From IMG/VR virus record IMGVR_UViG_3300042544_001590, positions 143,490-207,489 of that record: a DNA stretch of 64,000 bases; one strand, given 5' to 3'. Position numbers and translations under genes: made by a program. Positions 27,929 to 38,901 of this stretch are shown here, one piece after another. Under the pieces are notes generated by a model that worked only from the letters and a program-made list of their open reading frames with translations, did no database searches and was not told where the DNA came from. Numbering within the stretch: the first letter of the stretch is position 1; every line of letters starts with the position of its first letter.

Positions 27929-30150
27929 GGAATTGTTAAATTATTTATCTCTGTTGTAATCGGAGAACGATCAACAATCTCTGAAGATATACGATTATGA
28001 AGTCCAACCATATCAGAATCTTCCAATTCAACATTTTTGATGAATATATTAACAAAATTCGATTTATAAGCTTGATTGCTGCACACGCTTTGAAGGTATT
28101 CAACCGTGTCGGTGCTGTTCCTCATACCGCAAGGTAAAGTAATTGTAATTGGGTCTATTTTAGATTCCCCATCAAGCATTGGAGTGATAAATGCGAGATT
28201 TTCTGATGTATATTCTGTGGTTACACCAACTTTCAACAAGGTATTTTGGTTAAAAATGTCCTCATCATTCACCACAAAATCTCCAAACACCAATCTTTTC
28301 CCATAAAATTGGTAAATATCAAAAGTGTAATACCCCACAATTTGATTATTGAGAAAGAAATATAATTGTCCGGTCACAGTATCAATTGAAACACAAACAA
28401 AATTGCGCTGGGATGGTTTATACACAACCGTTTCCGTGAAAGTGGTGGTTTCAACGAATCCGGGATTATAAAGGTTCATTTCAAATATCAGATTATCACC
28501 TCTTTTTTCAATGGTGAGTCCTCCATTGGTATTATTTCGTTTGCTTTTGAATTTCCAATTTTGTCTATTACCATCAAAATAAAATTTTACGGTGAATTTA
28601 CCAGCATCATTCAATTGTTTGAAATAATTAATATTATTTCCGGTTGTTATTAGGGATTGACAGGGTGTTATCACCACCGGATCGGTTATAGATTCTTCCG
28701 CTTTAATTCTTTCATATGTATATTTTCCATTTGGAATGAATACCATATCGCTTTTTTTATCAAACACTGTGAAAGATGAGAGACTGTCTTGTATCGAGGT
28801 GTTTGCCGCCACCAATTCCTCCACCACATCATCATATGTAGGATTGAATGAATTATCTCCCATCAGTGCTAAGGATTTTTCAATCAAATCGGGGTAATAG
28901 TAACGATCCACCCAAACTTTTTCACTACCAAGGGGGGAACCGGACAACCAAGTGCATAGATATGTTTGCCCATCATCATAGCTCACTGAAACATCGGAGC
29001 GATATACCTTATCTGCATATTCGGGCGTTGGATATCCAAATGCCCCCGATTCCACGAATTTTGTATCATTGATATTGATCCTGCTGAATGGGGACATGTT
29101 ATCCGGCGCAGTAAAACGATTCAGTCCGGGAAGAATTTCATATGATTTGTTGTAAAGAACATAATTTAGAGCTAAAGTCTCATCTTTTTCAGTGTCAATA
29201 TCATTGAAAATGGATGTATAATTTCGCATACCATCAACGAAAAATTTCAGGTCTTGAGAAGATAGTAATGTGTTGCCCGATGTGAACGTATTGTCTTGGG
29301 TGAGTTGATTCTTTAGAACAATGATATCAGTTGAATCGTTTTCACGGTGTAACAGATAGTTATTCTCCAAATCCTTTAGTATTCCGTTTTCCGATATGGT
29401 ATTATCGTCCTCATATTCGACATAAGAAGTATTTGGATTGATATTGAAATCGGAATATATGTCTTTGCTCAGATAAATGGGATTGGCATACACACTCGCT
29501 TTATTTGCGGATGTAGATGGGGATAGTGTGAGGAGGTTTCCGGTTTTTCTGACAAAATGAGTAATCCCTGATAAGGTTTGAAATAGAAATATTGCCTTAT
29601 TTGGGCGAGAATATATGTATTTGAAATTAGATGCAGTTAATCCCAGATTTTGAGTGTAAAAATTTAATTCATCATTAGCATTTCTAGTCAAATAATACTT
29701 TTTGTAATCGTAATATTGGTAAATATCGCAGACATTATCAGATTTTAGTGTGATGACGAAATTGGTTGACAAAGTATCACCGTTGGTTGTGAAATTATAA
29801 TTGCCATAGTATTCACTCTCATTGTAAATACCCAATAATCCCAATTGTCTATTATCAGCATTTTGAAACGCCAAAAAATTACCCCCAAAGTTCAGATTGG
29901 TCAACAACGAATCGGATTTCAGAATTTGATCTTCCTTTTCGAGAATGTTCGATACTTTGGTGTTTCTAGTCAGTAAGAAATTGGTATAATTCTTATTTTT
30001 GACATCAACGATACCCGAAAGAGCGTTGTAAAACGTCAGAGTATAATCTCCTTGATAATATCTTGAAAAATTCTGAAACCTTACATCCTCCAAATTTGAG
30101 GAAAGGGGAACAGATTCACAGGATGATAATTTATCAAACAAAATAGCCAC
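27925..30150 (-). CDS. putative baseplate structural protein (GTG start at 30150)
   Basis: TAAATA-N5-GTG fixes the start; possible LamG-like C-terminal region. Confidence 0.55.
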   Translation of the reverse strand: MAILFDKLSSCESVPLSSNLEDVRFQNFSRYYQGDYTLTFYNALSGIVDVKNKNYTNFLLTRNTKVSNILEKEDQILKSDSLLTNLNFGGNFLAFQNADNRQLGLLGIYNESEYYGNYNFTTNGDTLSTNFVITLKSDNVCDIYQYYDYKKYYLTRNANDELNFYTQNLGLTASNFKYIYSRPNKAIFLFQTLSGITHFVRKTGNLLTLSPSTSANKASVYANPIYLSKDIYSDFNINPNTSYVEYEDDNTISENGILKDLENNYLLHRENDSTDIIVLKNQLTQDNTFTSGNTLLSSQDLKFFVDGMRNYTSIFNDIDTEKDETLALNYVLYNKSYEILPGLNRFTAPDNMSPFSRININDTKFVESGAFGYPTPEYADKVYRSDVSVSYDDGQTYLCTWLSGSPLGSEKVWVDRYYYPDLIEKSLALMGDNSFNPTYDDVVEELVAANTSIQDSLSSFTVFDKKSDMVFIPNGKYTYERIKAEESITDPVVITPCQSLITTGNNINYFKQLNDAGKFTVKFYFDGNRQNWKFKSKRNNTNGGLTIEKRGDNLIFEMNLYNPGFVETTTFTETVVYKPSQRNFVCVSIDTVTGQLYFFLNNQIVGYYTFDIYQFYGKRLVFGDFVVNDEDIFNQNTLLKVGVTTEYTSENLAFITPMLDGESKIDPITITLPCGMRNSTDTVEYLQSVCSNQAYKSNFVNIFIKNVELEDSDMVGLHNRISSEIVDRSPITTEINNLTIP

Positions 30151-30154
30151 AAGA

Positions 30155-30640
30155 TTATTTAATGAGTAATTCCAATAGATAACCACCTTCATCAGTCACC
30201 AACTGATGAATCTTTGAACCGCTCTGTAAATAATCTGTATTTACAAGCTTAACATCTCTCACTGATGTCGCATAATCATAGTTGGTGATGGATAAAGGTA
30301 ATGTAAAAGTTGATATATCAGTATTGGTATAATATAAGGAAACCGTCGCTGTCAGTGTTTGGCTTGTGGAGATGGCAGATGGGAAGTATTCGTGTGTGTA
30401 GGTGGTCATCAGAAGAGATGAAAACACGTTGGATGCAATGTTTTGATTCTGTAGTATATCATTTTCAAAGAAATCTTCCACATTATCTCCCCAATCAATG
30501 GTTAGGTGTGTGGGAAAAATTCGTTCAGTGGCTCCCGATAACGATAATGTCAACAAGGTATGATCAACCACACCTATTGTTGAATAGGTGGTGGTTTGAT
30601 TGGTGTTTGTTGAAGACAAGGATAGGAATTTGGTGTTCAT
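30155..30640 (-). CDS. putative structural protein, PKD-like
   Basis: IDWGD...THEY. Confidence 0.5.
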   Translation of the reverse strand: MNTKFLSLSSTNTNQTTTYSTIGVVDHTLLTLSLSGATERIFPTHLTIDWGDNVEDFFENDILQNQNIASNVFSSLLMTTYTHEYFPSAISTSQTLTATVSLYYTNTDISTFTLPLSITNYDYATSVRDVKLVNTDYLQSGSKIHQLVTDEGGYLLELLIK

Positions 30641-33201
30641 CGTTGTTTGATTTGCTTATGGTTAATCATGGAGAACGGATTCAATTTGAAATCGAATTCC
30701 TGAATGATGAATTGATTGTCCACGGTTTTCATGAGGAATGATATATTATATTGATCGGAGCGATTATCATAGGTGAACATGGGTTCTTCCGCCTTGATGT
30801 ATGCTTCCGATCCTCCCGACACAGCATAGAAGTTGGTCAAACCTCCCACTAAATGAATTTTTCTAATATGTTTGGTAGTATCAATTTCATAAATTGTTGG
30901 ATATATTTTGAAATCGTTACCCACCACTGGATAAGTCTCAACATCCAATCTTGCGTAATACACCTTATCTTTTTTCTTATATCTCTTGGATATCTTTTGG
31001 TAAGGATTATCGTTGAACGATGTGACATATGTAGATTCTTTGGGATTTACAAATTCCCCGTTCTCGAAAAGGATTTTTTGGACGATTAGATTGTTATCGG
31101 TTTGGATAAACATGGTGTCACCCACCACTTCAAACGATAAAACACCTGACAATTCATTGTAAACGGAACTCAACAAGGTTGTTGAGAGATAACCGAATGT
31201 TGTTTGGAGTGGTTTCACTTCTTTGGTGTATGCATTTCTAACATACATGGTGCCAGTAGATGACAATCTTGTGAAATAATTCTCAGTGGGGGAAGATGAA
31301 AGATTGTAAACGCTGGTTTGCAGCACTGTAGGATCGTAGTAGATGGATGGAAGCTGGAATTGTATATCACATAGCGAATTTGTTACTTTACCACCATCAA
31401 TCATGAAAGTCGTTGTTTCATCGGGAACAATTTCTTGGGTAGCGTTTGCAGTCAGGGTTGGATACGAAGGATCAACCAAGGCTCTTTGCAGGGGGGACGA
31501 GTCATGAACACCCCCTTCGATCAAACGGGAGTAATAGTAAGTGCCACTGAGAGGATAGCCACTCAAATCAGATGAAATGGTATCGGTCGCGGGAACTCCA
31601 TTGCGGAAAACATTATAACCTTCCAGAATTTGACAACTTGGATAAAAATCGGGAGGATATACGAACTCATCAGTGAATTTACCACCAAAGAGGATATAAT
31701 GACGGGAGAAATCCGTGGTGAAACCTCCAGTGTATGAGGATAACCCCGATCTTGTGGTGTATGGGAAGGTGGAATCATCAACTGTTGAATAATCGAAGGC
31801 ATATCCTTCCCCATATTTGAAATCGTAAAATGTGTGACCATCCAGAATGATATATTGTTTTTCCGTTTCGGGAATTACCTTGATGGTTTGCTTGAAGCTT
31901 CCATCATTTTTAAACAAACCATAGAGATTGTTATAGATATCCTCCTTGGCATCCTGAATGTAACCCGATTCAAACACCTTATCCAGATATTTGGAAGGTG
32001 TCGTCTCCGTTTGGGATATATAACCGTAATATTGGGAATCGCTTTTATTACTAATCGGTTGATTTTTGGCTTTTCCCGAAGAATCATTGCGTTTCAGGAA
32101 CAAATCGTTGTTCACAAACGTGAGAACACCATCATTATTACCTCTGATATCAGGATCAGGAAAATAATAGATGGTATTTGGTTCCAAATTATTAAAATTG
32201 AAGGAATATGAAGGTCTTTCCCCATCAATTAAAATAATGGATAGCTTGTGGGGGCGAAAGAACCCCATTTCCATGGGTGTTTTGAACTCTTTTCTCTGCG
32301 TGGAGGCTGTTGTGGGGTATTTGGTATTGAAAAAAGAAGCTGCCGGATTATCAGCGTCCAACATCTTACCAGAAATAAAATCATATACAGTGGAACCCGT
32401 GGAAAGATAATAATAATTGGAGGAAATATATTTTTCCGTCAATTTTCTTTTATTATCCAATAAGGAATCCCCTTCTTTCAGTTCTATCAGGGGAGCGGAT
32501 ACACCCGCGAAGATTTCAGGAATGAGTTCCGCATTGGTTTTGAGGAAAATATCCAACCCATAATCCAAATCCTTGTTGTCATATATCTGATCATTGGGAG
32601 TCTGATTGAAGTATTCAGGATATGTTTCATACAATTCTTCAATTTCAACTTCCAAATTGTTTTTCAGATTGGAAAAGTCATAATTGATCTTTCTGTTATC
32701 AATATTTTCCAGATAATTTATGGTGATATCCTTGATATCCTTGGTCAATCCAAAATTTGTTCCTGAAATTCGCTTCTTGGTGATCTGAAATTTGGCTTCT
32801 TCCCGTTTTTTATTGTAATATTCCGAAATTTCAATCAATTTACGGGAATAAAACGGAATGGCAATATCAAGGTCAAGCGGATCATTGAAATCTAGCTTGG
32901 AAAGGAATTTCTGTTCCTCCAAAGTGGTGTATTCCAGATTGACATCCTGAATGAATTCCCGATAACGCTCAATGATTACGGAATTAGCATCAACAGTCTT
33001 GGTATTCTTTACAAAATTCCATACCTTGAGATATGCTGTGTAATAATCCTGATTCTTGGAAGGATTGAACGACGCATCCATCGTTTTGATGAATTGTAGG
33101 AAAGAAAGGGGAGTATTCGCATCCAGAGCATCACGAACCATCACATTTGGATTGGTGATGGACTTGGGAATGTTCGGATAACCTAATGATGTTAGAGTCA
33201 T
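30637..33201 (-). CDS. putative baseplate structural protein
   Basis: 854 aa; TAAATA-N6-ATG. Confidence 0.55.
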   Translation of the reverse strand: MTLTSLGYPNIPKSITNPNVMVRDALDANTPLSFLQFIKTMDASFNPSKNQDYYTAYLKVWNFVKNTKTVDANSVIIERYREFIQDVNLEYTTLEEQKFLSKLDFNDPLDLDIAIPFYSRKLIEISEYYNKKREEAKFQITKKRISGTNFGLTKDIKDITINYLENIDNRKINYDFSNLKNNLEVEIEELYETYPEYFNQTPNDQIYDNKDLDYGLDIFLKTNAELIPEIFAGVSAPLIELKEGDSLLDNKRKLTEKYISSNYYYLSTGSTVYDFISGKMLDADNPAASFFNTKYPTTASTQRKEFKTPMEMGFFRPHKLSIILIDGERPSYSFNFNNLEPNTIYYFPDPDIRGNNDGVLTFVNNDLFLKRNDSSGKAKNQPISNKSDSQYYGYISQTETTPSKYLDKVFESGYIQDAKEDIYNNLYGLFKNDGSFKQTIKVIPETEKQYIILDGHTFYDFKYGEGYAFDYSTVDDSTFPYTTRSGLSSYTGGFTTDFSRHYILFGGKFTDEFVYPPDFYPSCQILEGYNVFRNGVPATDTISSDLSGYPLSGTYYYSRLIEGGVHDSSPLQRALVDPSYPTLTANATQEIVPDETTTFMIDGGKVTNSLCDIQFQLPSIYYDPTVLQTSVYNLSSSPTENYFTRLSSTGTMYVRNAYTKEVKPLQTTFGYLSTTLLSSVYNELSGVLSFEVVGDTMFIQTDNNLIVQKILFENGEFVNPKESTYVTSFNDNPYQKISKRYKKKDKVYYARLDVETYPVVGNDFKIYPTIYEIDTTKHIRKIHLVGGLTNFYAVSGGSEAYIKAEEPMFTYDNRSDQYNISFLMKTVDNQFIIQEFDFKLNPFSMINHKQIKQR

Positions 33202-33210
33202 TTATCTTAT

Positions 33211-35295
33211 TTAAGCCGAATGGAATAATGATAAAGACTGATAAAGAGTATCCCGCAAAGAAATGTTCATCATTTCCGAGTTATAATCAAAATCAAATTC
33301 CTCAAAGATCGGTTCCGATGTTTCAGTGAGAATTGGATCACCATTCTCATCCCTCAGAACATGTTTGGATGAAAGGTTATCATAGAGGGTGTAATCATAC
33401 ACAATGCTATTGTCAACGAGGGTGTTTTCATATCCTGATTGATATTCAAAGAACAGATAATACTTCTCCAGATCAGAATATTGGTATGTATCGGGAAGAA
33501 CCAAAGGCCAACCCCAATTTGCATTGTATCCAGATAGCATGTAAGCACTCAGTCCGGTTGATTCCGTGGGTTGCTCGGTGTTTAACAACACATAGCGGTT
33601 GGAGAATTTTTCGAGGGCTACAATGGGAGTTCCCGCTGATATGATGTAGGTATCAGTGTTTATCTCATCCCCCAGATTGGTTCCAAAGATTTCTTTGGAG
33701 GAGAATCCCTTGATATCAAAATTCTCCTTAAATTTGTTATTATATCCAATCAACTTGTTCTTGCTGATTGATCCCAAGTCCAGAATACGCTTGATTTTCT
33801 CAGGATATGTGAAAAGGTTGGATTCAAACACATCATTGTCAACTCCCGTCATTTTCATTTGGGAAATCAGGGAGAATATTTCTCCTCTATCCACATCTTG
33901 GGTGTTTTCCACGAAATTGGTGATCTTTTCATAGATTTTCTTACCAAGGGTGTCATAAGAAGAACTAAGTGTTCCAAACGCCGATCCCATAAAATCATCA
34001 AACAATACCGTCTTATCCAAAAGGAATTCTTGGAATCTCAAACCCTTAAATGTCTCTTGGGCATCAAAATCTTCATTTCTCTTTTCAATGGAAATATAAT
34101 TTTTAGGATATACGTCGAAATAATCGGTGACACCAGCCAAGGAATAAGAAGTTCCCTGATCGTTAGTGGTAGTGAGGGAAGCACTCAACTGGACATAATG
34201 AACAACACTATCGATGTTGAATTTCACCTTACCTCTGGCCGAACCGTAATAAGCTCCCACATCTTCCAATTCATAATAGGAAGAATTCATAACATCGCCG
34301 CTTGACAATACTATAACATTGACATCAGAAGCGGAAAGCAAGGGGAAGTTCTTGACGCTGAAATTCTCCGAATCCTTGATCTTGACTACAAATGGGATAT
34401 CAACTTGAGCAAATTTTCTCCCATCAATGTTGAAAGAATCAATCTCATAGAATTCCCCATCCAGACCATTGCTGGTGATGGACAAATCTTCAACTTCATC
34501 ATTATCCACGATAAGAGCCGATAGAGAAATCTTGGCATTATTCCGATTGTTGAGATATTCCACACTTCTATCGAAAAACAGGTCAATGTTGATTCGGTTG
34601 ATGGAATCATCCTTGAAATGGATATCCTTGGTTCCCGATACCCCCACAAAAAATGAATTGTTGTCGCTTTCCGTGGCATTTATCAGATTGGTTCCCGATA
34701 TCTTGGCATAGACGGAAGTATTTTCAGTGGTAATGCGATCAATCTCCTGATATTGGTAGCTTGAGAGATAATTATTATAAATTTTCTCGTGGAAAGCATA
34801 GGTCTTATCCAAATGACGGAATTTATCCACATCATCGAAGTAATAATCGCTGTTGCTGCCACTGATACGATAGAATAGGCTTGTGATGGGAATGGTGGGG
34901 GGATAATATGCTCGTATTGTGATAGGATCACTAATTTGCCCCAATTTCCATGAAATATTATCATAATAGGTGGGACTATCAAAATCTACGGTGAACGTGT
35001 GCTTGAGATAATCAATGATGTGGATGATCTTGTATTCTGTGGAAATCACAGCATTGGAATAGCAATCATAGAGGGTGAAATTGACGACATATTTACCCGG
35101 ATTTTCCCAATACTTCTGAGCAGTCAGAGAAGAGGAAATCGTACCATCTCCAAAGTCCCATAAGACCCGAACATAGCTGAAATCATCCAGATCGGGAATG
35201 AACCGAAGCGGTGTCTGTTCCAAAGCATAGGAACTCAATACATTTTCGTTCTTCCAATCCAGAACATCAAATTCAATATCGCTAAAAATGCTCAT
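33211..35295 (-). CDS. baseplate wedge protein (gp7 position) with PKD domain
   Basis: WDFGDG...PGKY; directly downstream of gp6. Confidence 0.55.
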   Translation of the reverse strand: MSIFSDIEFDVLDWKNENVLSSYALEQTPLRFIPDLDDFSYVRVLWDFGDGTISSSLTAQKYWENPGKYVVNFTLYDCYSNAVISTEYKIIHIIDYLKHTFTVDFDSPTYYDNISWKLGQISDPITIRAYYPPTIPITSLFYRISGSNSDYYFDDVDKFRHLDKTYAFHEKIYNNYLSSYQYQEIDRITTENTSVYAKISGTNLINATESDNNSFFVGVSGTKDIHFKDDSINRINIDLFFDRSVEYLNNRNNAKISLSALIVDNDEVEDLSITSNGLDGEFYEIDSFNIDGRKFAQVDIPFVVKIKDSENFSVKNFPLLSASDVNVIVLSSGDVMNSSYYELEDVGAYYGSARGKVKFNIDSVVHYVQLSASLTTTNDQGTSYSLAGVTDYFDVYPKNYISIEKRNEDFDAQETFKGLRFQEFLLDKTVLFDDFMGSAFGTLSSSYDTLGKKIYEKITNFVENTQDVDRGEIFSLISQMKMTGVDNDVFESNLFTYPEKIKRILDLGSISKNKLIGYNNKFKENFDIKGFSSKEIFGTNLGDEINTDTYIISAGTPIVALEKFSNRYVLLNTEQPTESTGLSAYMLSGYNANWGWPLVLPDTYQYSDLEKYYLFFEYQSGYENTLVDNSIVYDYTLYDNLSSKHVLRDENGDPILTETSEPIFEEFDFDYNSEMMNISLRDTLYQSLSLFHSA

Positions 35296-37103
35296 TATTC
35301 GCTATCCGTGATTAGGATTCTATCTCCGATTGTTTGTGGTCTATAAAAATATGGGAACTTGAAAAATGGAAGTGTTGTGGTTTGGTTCACAAATTCCTCA
35401 TCAACCCCCTCATAGACAGGATTCCAGCTTATGAAGGAGATTCCGTTGAAAATCTCGTTTCCGTTGCGGGTTCTGATCTTGTCAACACCTTCCAATCCAA
35501 GAATTGTGGATGTCAGGTCTGATAGATCAAGTCTTTGTCCCAGAGAATTGTTGAGAGGATTGAAGAAATCCAGAATAATATTAATAATTCTCTTTTTCAG
35601 GTTTTCCTTGTTGATCTTGGAATTGGATGTGCGAACGATTTCCAGCTTGGATGTCAAATACACATCCTTATCAGCAGCTTGAGCCGAATATCCAATATCA
35701 AATGCCGTGTAGATCGGATCACGGGGAACAACTTCATGACTAAGCATCTTTTTATCGGAAGTGGAGTCGATGATTAGGTTTTTCAGGCTGTTTGAAAGGA
35801 ATGGGGGATACTCCGCATCCGTTTGAACCACGAATTTGGGAACCACGAAGATATTCACATTGTTGAAGTCACAAGAATCCGCAAAATTCACCTGATTTAG
35901 TATAACCCTGTTCGATTTGTTGGGGTCAACGCAGATACGATAAAAATAATCAATATATTCCCCAATGAATCGCTTGTTATTCACCACTTCCACCGATTGG
36001 AGAACATTGGAAAGGTTTTTGGTGAGATATGTATCATAATCCACCTCAGTCACAAGCCTAAGCTGGGAACTGAGATACTTGGGAACATTCTGGCGAATCT
36101 GATCCACTGTCTCCCCATCGGAGATTGCCGTGGAATTGGCAGTATTGGAGAAATTCAGGGTAGCATTGTTTGTCAGGTCAATTATGGATGAAGGATCGAC
36201 GGTAATCACATCATTGTAGATTGCCGTGAATTGGGAAGTGTTGAAATTGAACAATTTGTTACCATTGATGACGTTCTTGCTGATAATACCCTTGTTATTA
36301 TCACTCAGGATATAATAAACGGCAACCTGATCACCTTCGGCAAGTTTCTTACCAAACACATCATTACCGAACTTGATTTCATAATGACCATTCTCATTGA
36401 GACGAACGCTGTAATATCTATCGGAATCGGGAGTGAGGAACAGATTGTCAATCTCTTCCCATTCATACCAAGTGGCATCTCCGATTTCTTTCACATAAAC
36501 ACTGAGAGTTCCATGGGCAATGAAACGGTCATCGTTCTCATCCACCAGATTATCCACAACAACAGGGAACGTTTCAAATTCCTTACCTTCCGCTGTGTAG
36601 ATGGGGTATTCCTGAACGGTTCCCTGATACAGAATGAGATTATTTTCAATGGAATCAATTTTCTCCGATCCGCTTGTGGTTTTCTCAAAGGAGAAATCGT
36701 TCAGGACGGTGTATTGGATGTTATTGACAAGGAAATAGGAATACTTGCGGAGAGTGTAGTTCCCCGCTGCTAGAGAGGCACTGGCGGTGCAAGTAACGGG
36801 AACAAGGGACGTTTGCTTGCCCGTAGGATTGTAACCCACAAGGTTCACAATCTTGTTCATGTTTTCATAGAGCGATGTCTGGGAGAAAAGGGCTTCCGAT
36901 CCCGTCTGGTTCAAATAGAAAAGCAGGGTGTGGTAGCTGTAAGCGATAATGTCGATGAAAGAAGCCAGATTACTCCCCTCGTAATTCTGATCCGTGAATT
37001 TGGGATTCTCATTCAACCGTTGAATGATGAAATCTTTCAGGGACAACGCATCAAAGTTGATATAGGCGTTTTTGGGCAGGTTATACTCAAGAGAATCATT
37101 CAT
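35295..37103 (-). CDS. baseplate wedge subunit (T4 gp6-like)
   Basis: DF..LK, FTD.NYEGSNL, GYNP, FGNDVFGK, ET.DQIR, Q.RLVT..DY. Confidence 0.88.
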   Translation of the reverse strand: MNDSLEYNLPKNAYINFDALSLKDFIIQRLNENPKFTDQNYEGSNLASFIDIIAYSYHTLLFYLNQTGSEALFSQTSLYENMNKIVNLVGYNPTGKQTSLVPVTCTASASLAAGNYTLRKYSYFLVNNIQYTVLNDFSFEKTTSGSEKIDSIENNLILYQGTVQEYPIYTAEGKEFETFPVVVDNLVDENDDRFIAHGTLSVYVKEIGDATWYEWEEIDNLFLTPDSDRYYSVRLNENGHYEIKFGNDVFGKKLAEGDQVAVYYILSDNNKGIISKNVINGNKLFNFNTSQFTAIYNDVITVDPSSIIDLTNNATLNFSNTANSTAISDGETVDQIRQNVPKYLSSQLRLVTEVDYDTYLTKNLSNVLQSVEVVNNKRFIGEYIDYFYRICVDPNKSNRVILNQVNFADSCDFNNVNIFVVPKFVVQTDAEYPPFLSNSLKNLIIDSTSDKKMLSHEVVPRDPIYTAFDIGYSAQAADKDVYLTSKLEIVRTSNSKINKENLKKRIINIILDFFNPLNNSLGQRLDLSDLTSTILGLEGVDKIRTRNGNEIFNGISFISWNPVYEGVDEEFVNQTTTLPFFKFPYFYRPQTIGDRILITDSE

Positions 37104-37109
37104 TGTTAT

Positions 37110-37133
37110 TATTTAGGAGGATGATATTAAATA
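37110..37133. promoter_or_regulatory. back-to-back late promoters
   Basis: TATTTA 37110 (N6 to ATG) and TAAATA 37128 (N5 to ATG 37139). Confidence 0.75.
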
Positions 37134-37138
37134 ATCAT

Positions 37139-38419
37139 ATGGAATTTGATAAGCTGTATCGTGAATTGATGTTGGAGTTCTCGGAAGGAGCGATCCGTAA
37201 CATTGTGAAGAAATTCCAAAACGATGCCACGGAACAAGAAATCCGTAGAGAGGTTCAGGATTTTGAAAAGTATAAGAACGCTTTACAAAAGAAAGACCCT
37301 TTCCAATATAAATCGTGGATAGAGTTCACGGAAGCGATCCATGCTGCAAAGGGTAAGGCTGAATTTAAAAGGAAAAAAGCACCAACCCAAGATGTTGTTG
37401 CCAATCAGGATGATATCATAGCCGATGATGAGAACGTGACCATCTATCGGGGAGATTCCCAAGACAAGTGCGTGTTATATGGAAAGGGTTATTCTTTCTG
37501 TATCTCAAGACAGGTTGGAGGTAATATGTTCTCTAACTATCGTTTGGGTAAAGAATCTACATTCTATTTCATATATTTCAAGAAGAAACCGAAGAGTGCG
37601 GTTGACCATATTATGGTGTTGGATCATACCAAGCATGGGTATGAATGGACTTTTGCCGATAATGATACTAAAAAGGTGAATGGTGGGTGGGATGAGGTGG
37701 TGGGTAAATATCCAGAATTAAAGAAATATGAAAAATTATTAGTTAATAAAAAGTTGGATGATGAAGAGAGTGAATTTATAAAAGTGTTAAAGAATTTTTC
37801 TAAAAATCCAAGATTAGAAAATTTTAATAAATTCTCTTATGAACAAAAAGCACAAGCTCTTAAAAGTGTTGTTGATTTAAGTGATCAAATATGGAACGCT
37901 TTAGATTCTACTTTGAGAAATGAATTTTTGAGCATAGGTCCAAATTTAACAAAACATCAAGCATTTAATCTTAAACCTAATGAAATTGAACGGTATAAAA
38001 AAACAAGAAATCTTTCCAGACAACATTTAATTGATGATTATAAATATAAGGAAAATATATTTGATTTTTCAGATGATGAAAGATTGGCATTGGAGTATAT
38101 GGAAAAAGTTGGAAGTTCAAAATTTTTCAAAGATGATAGATTATCTAATAAAAAATTAAAGTTTGAAACATCTAATGATTATGAAAGGTCTATTTATGAC
38201 TTGGTTTTTGATGAAAACGGTGCATTAGTGACATATCAAAATATTGTAAGAGATGTTTTTGGGGGGAATCCAGATGATGTTTTATACATAAAGTATGATA
38301 CGAATGGAAATATTATTAATATTGAATCAAGCTATGATGATATTGAAGATACTTCAAATTATAATGAATCTATCCATTTTGATAAATATTATCAAAAGAT
38401 AATGTCAAGTCTCTTTTAA
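37139..38419 (+). CDS. hypothetical protein, putative internal head protein
   Basis: MEFDKLYRELMLE; lies antisense between gp25 and gp6. Confidence 0.6.
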   Translation: MEFDKLYRELMLEFSEGAIRNIVKKFQNDATEQEIRREVQDFEKYKNALQKKDPFQYKSWIEFTEAIHAAKGKAEFKRKKAPTQDVVANQDDIIADDENVTIYRGDSQDKCVLYGKGYSFCISRQVGGNMFSNYRLGKESTFYFIYFKKKPKSAVDHIMVLDHTKHGYEWTFADNDTKKVNGGWDEVVGKYPELKKYEKLLVNKKLDDEESEFIKVLKNFSKNPRLENFNKFSYEQKAQALKSVVDLSDQIWNALDSTLRNEFLSIGPNLTKHQAFNLKPNEIERYKKTRNLSRQHLIDDYKYKENIFDFSDDERLALEYMEKVGSSKFFKDDRLSNKKLKFETSNDYERSIYDLVFDENGALVTYQNIVRDVFGGNPDDVLYIKYDTNGNIINIESSYDDIEDTSNYNESIHFDKYYQKIMSSLF

Positions 38420-38901
38420 ATAATTGAATAACCCGTGGAATTCAGCTTCGATTTCAGGGAAAGCCCCTTGACACCCAGAGATGGAACATCAATTTGCAGA
38501 GACACATCATATTCCTGCGCGTCCTCATTACCCACAACACTCACGTTTCTCACGACAATGCGTGGTTCCGAACGGGGTAATTTCCGTTCAATGTCATCCT
38601 GAATGTCTTCCGCTGTGAATTCATCCACTGGTTCAAACAGATAGCGTCTCAGATCAATGCCAAAGGTTGGATTGAGTATCTTTTGACCGGGAGATGTAAG
38701 GAAAGCATTGGAAATGCTTGTCTTGATGGCTTCCACATCGAAAATAGCCTGAATATCCTTCAGTTGCTCTTTGCGATTGAGTTGGTTGTTGAAAGAATAC
38801 GAAGGTTCCAGATCAAACGACACATCCTTGTAGAGATAATCGTTTTTCAGGGATACTTCATCAATCTTGGATGCTTGAAGTGATTTGATTTTGATGTTCA
38901 T
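38416..38901 (-). CDS. baseplate wedge subunit (T4 gp25-like)
   Basis: D..AIK.SI.N...T.PG.K..NP.FG..L..YLFEP, EPRI. Confidence 0.9.
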   Translation of the reverse strand: MNIKIKSLQASKIDEVSLKNDYLYKDVSFDLEPSYSFNNQLNRKEQLKDIQAIFDVEAIKTSISNAFLTSPGQKILNPTFGIDLRRYLFEPVDEFTAEDIQDDIERKLPRSEPRIVVRNVSVVGNEDAQEYDVSLQIDVPSLGVKGLSLKSKLNSTGYSII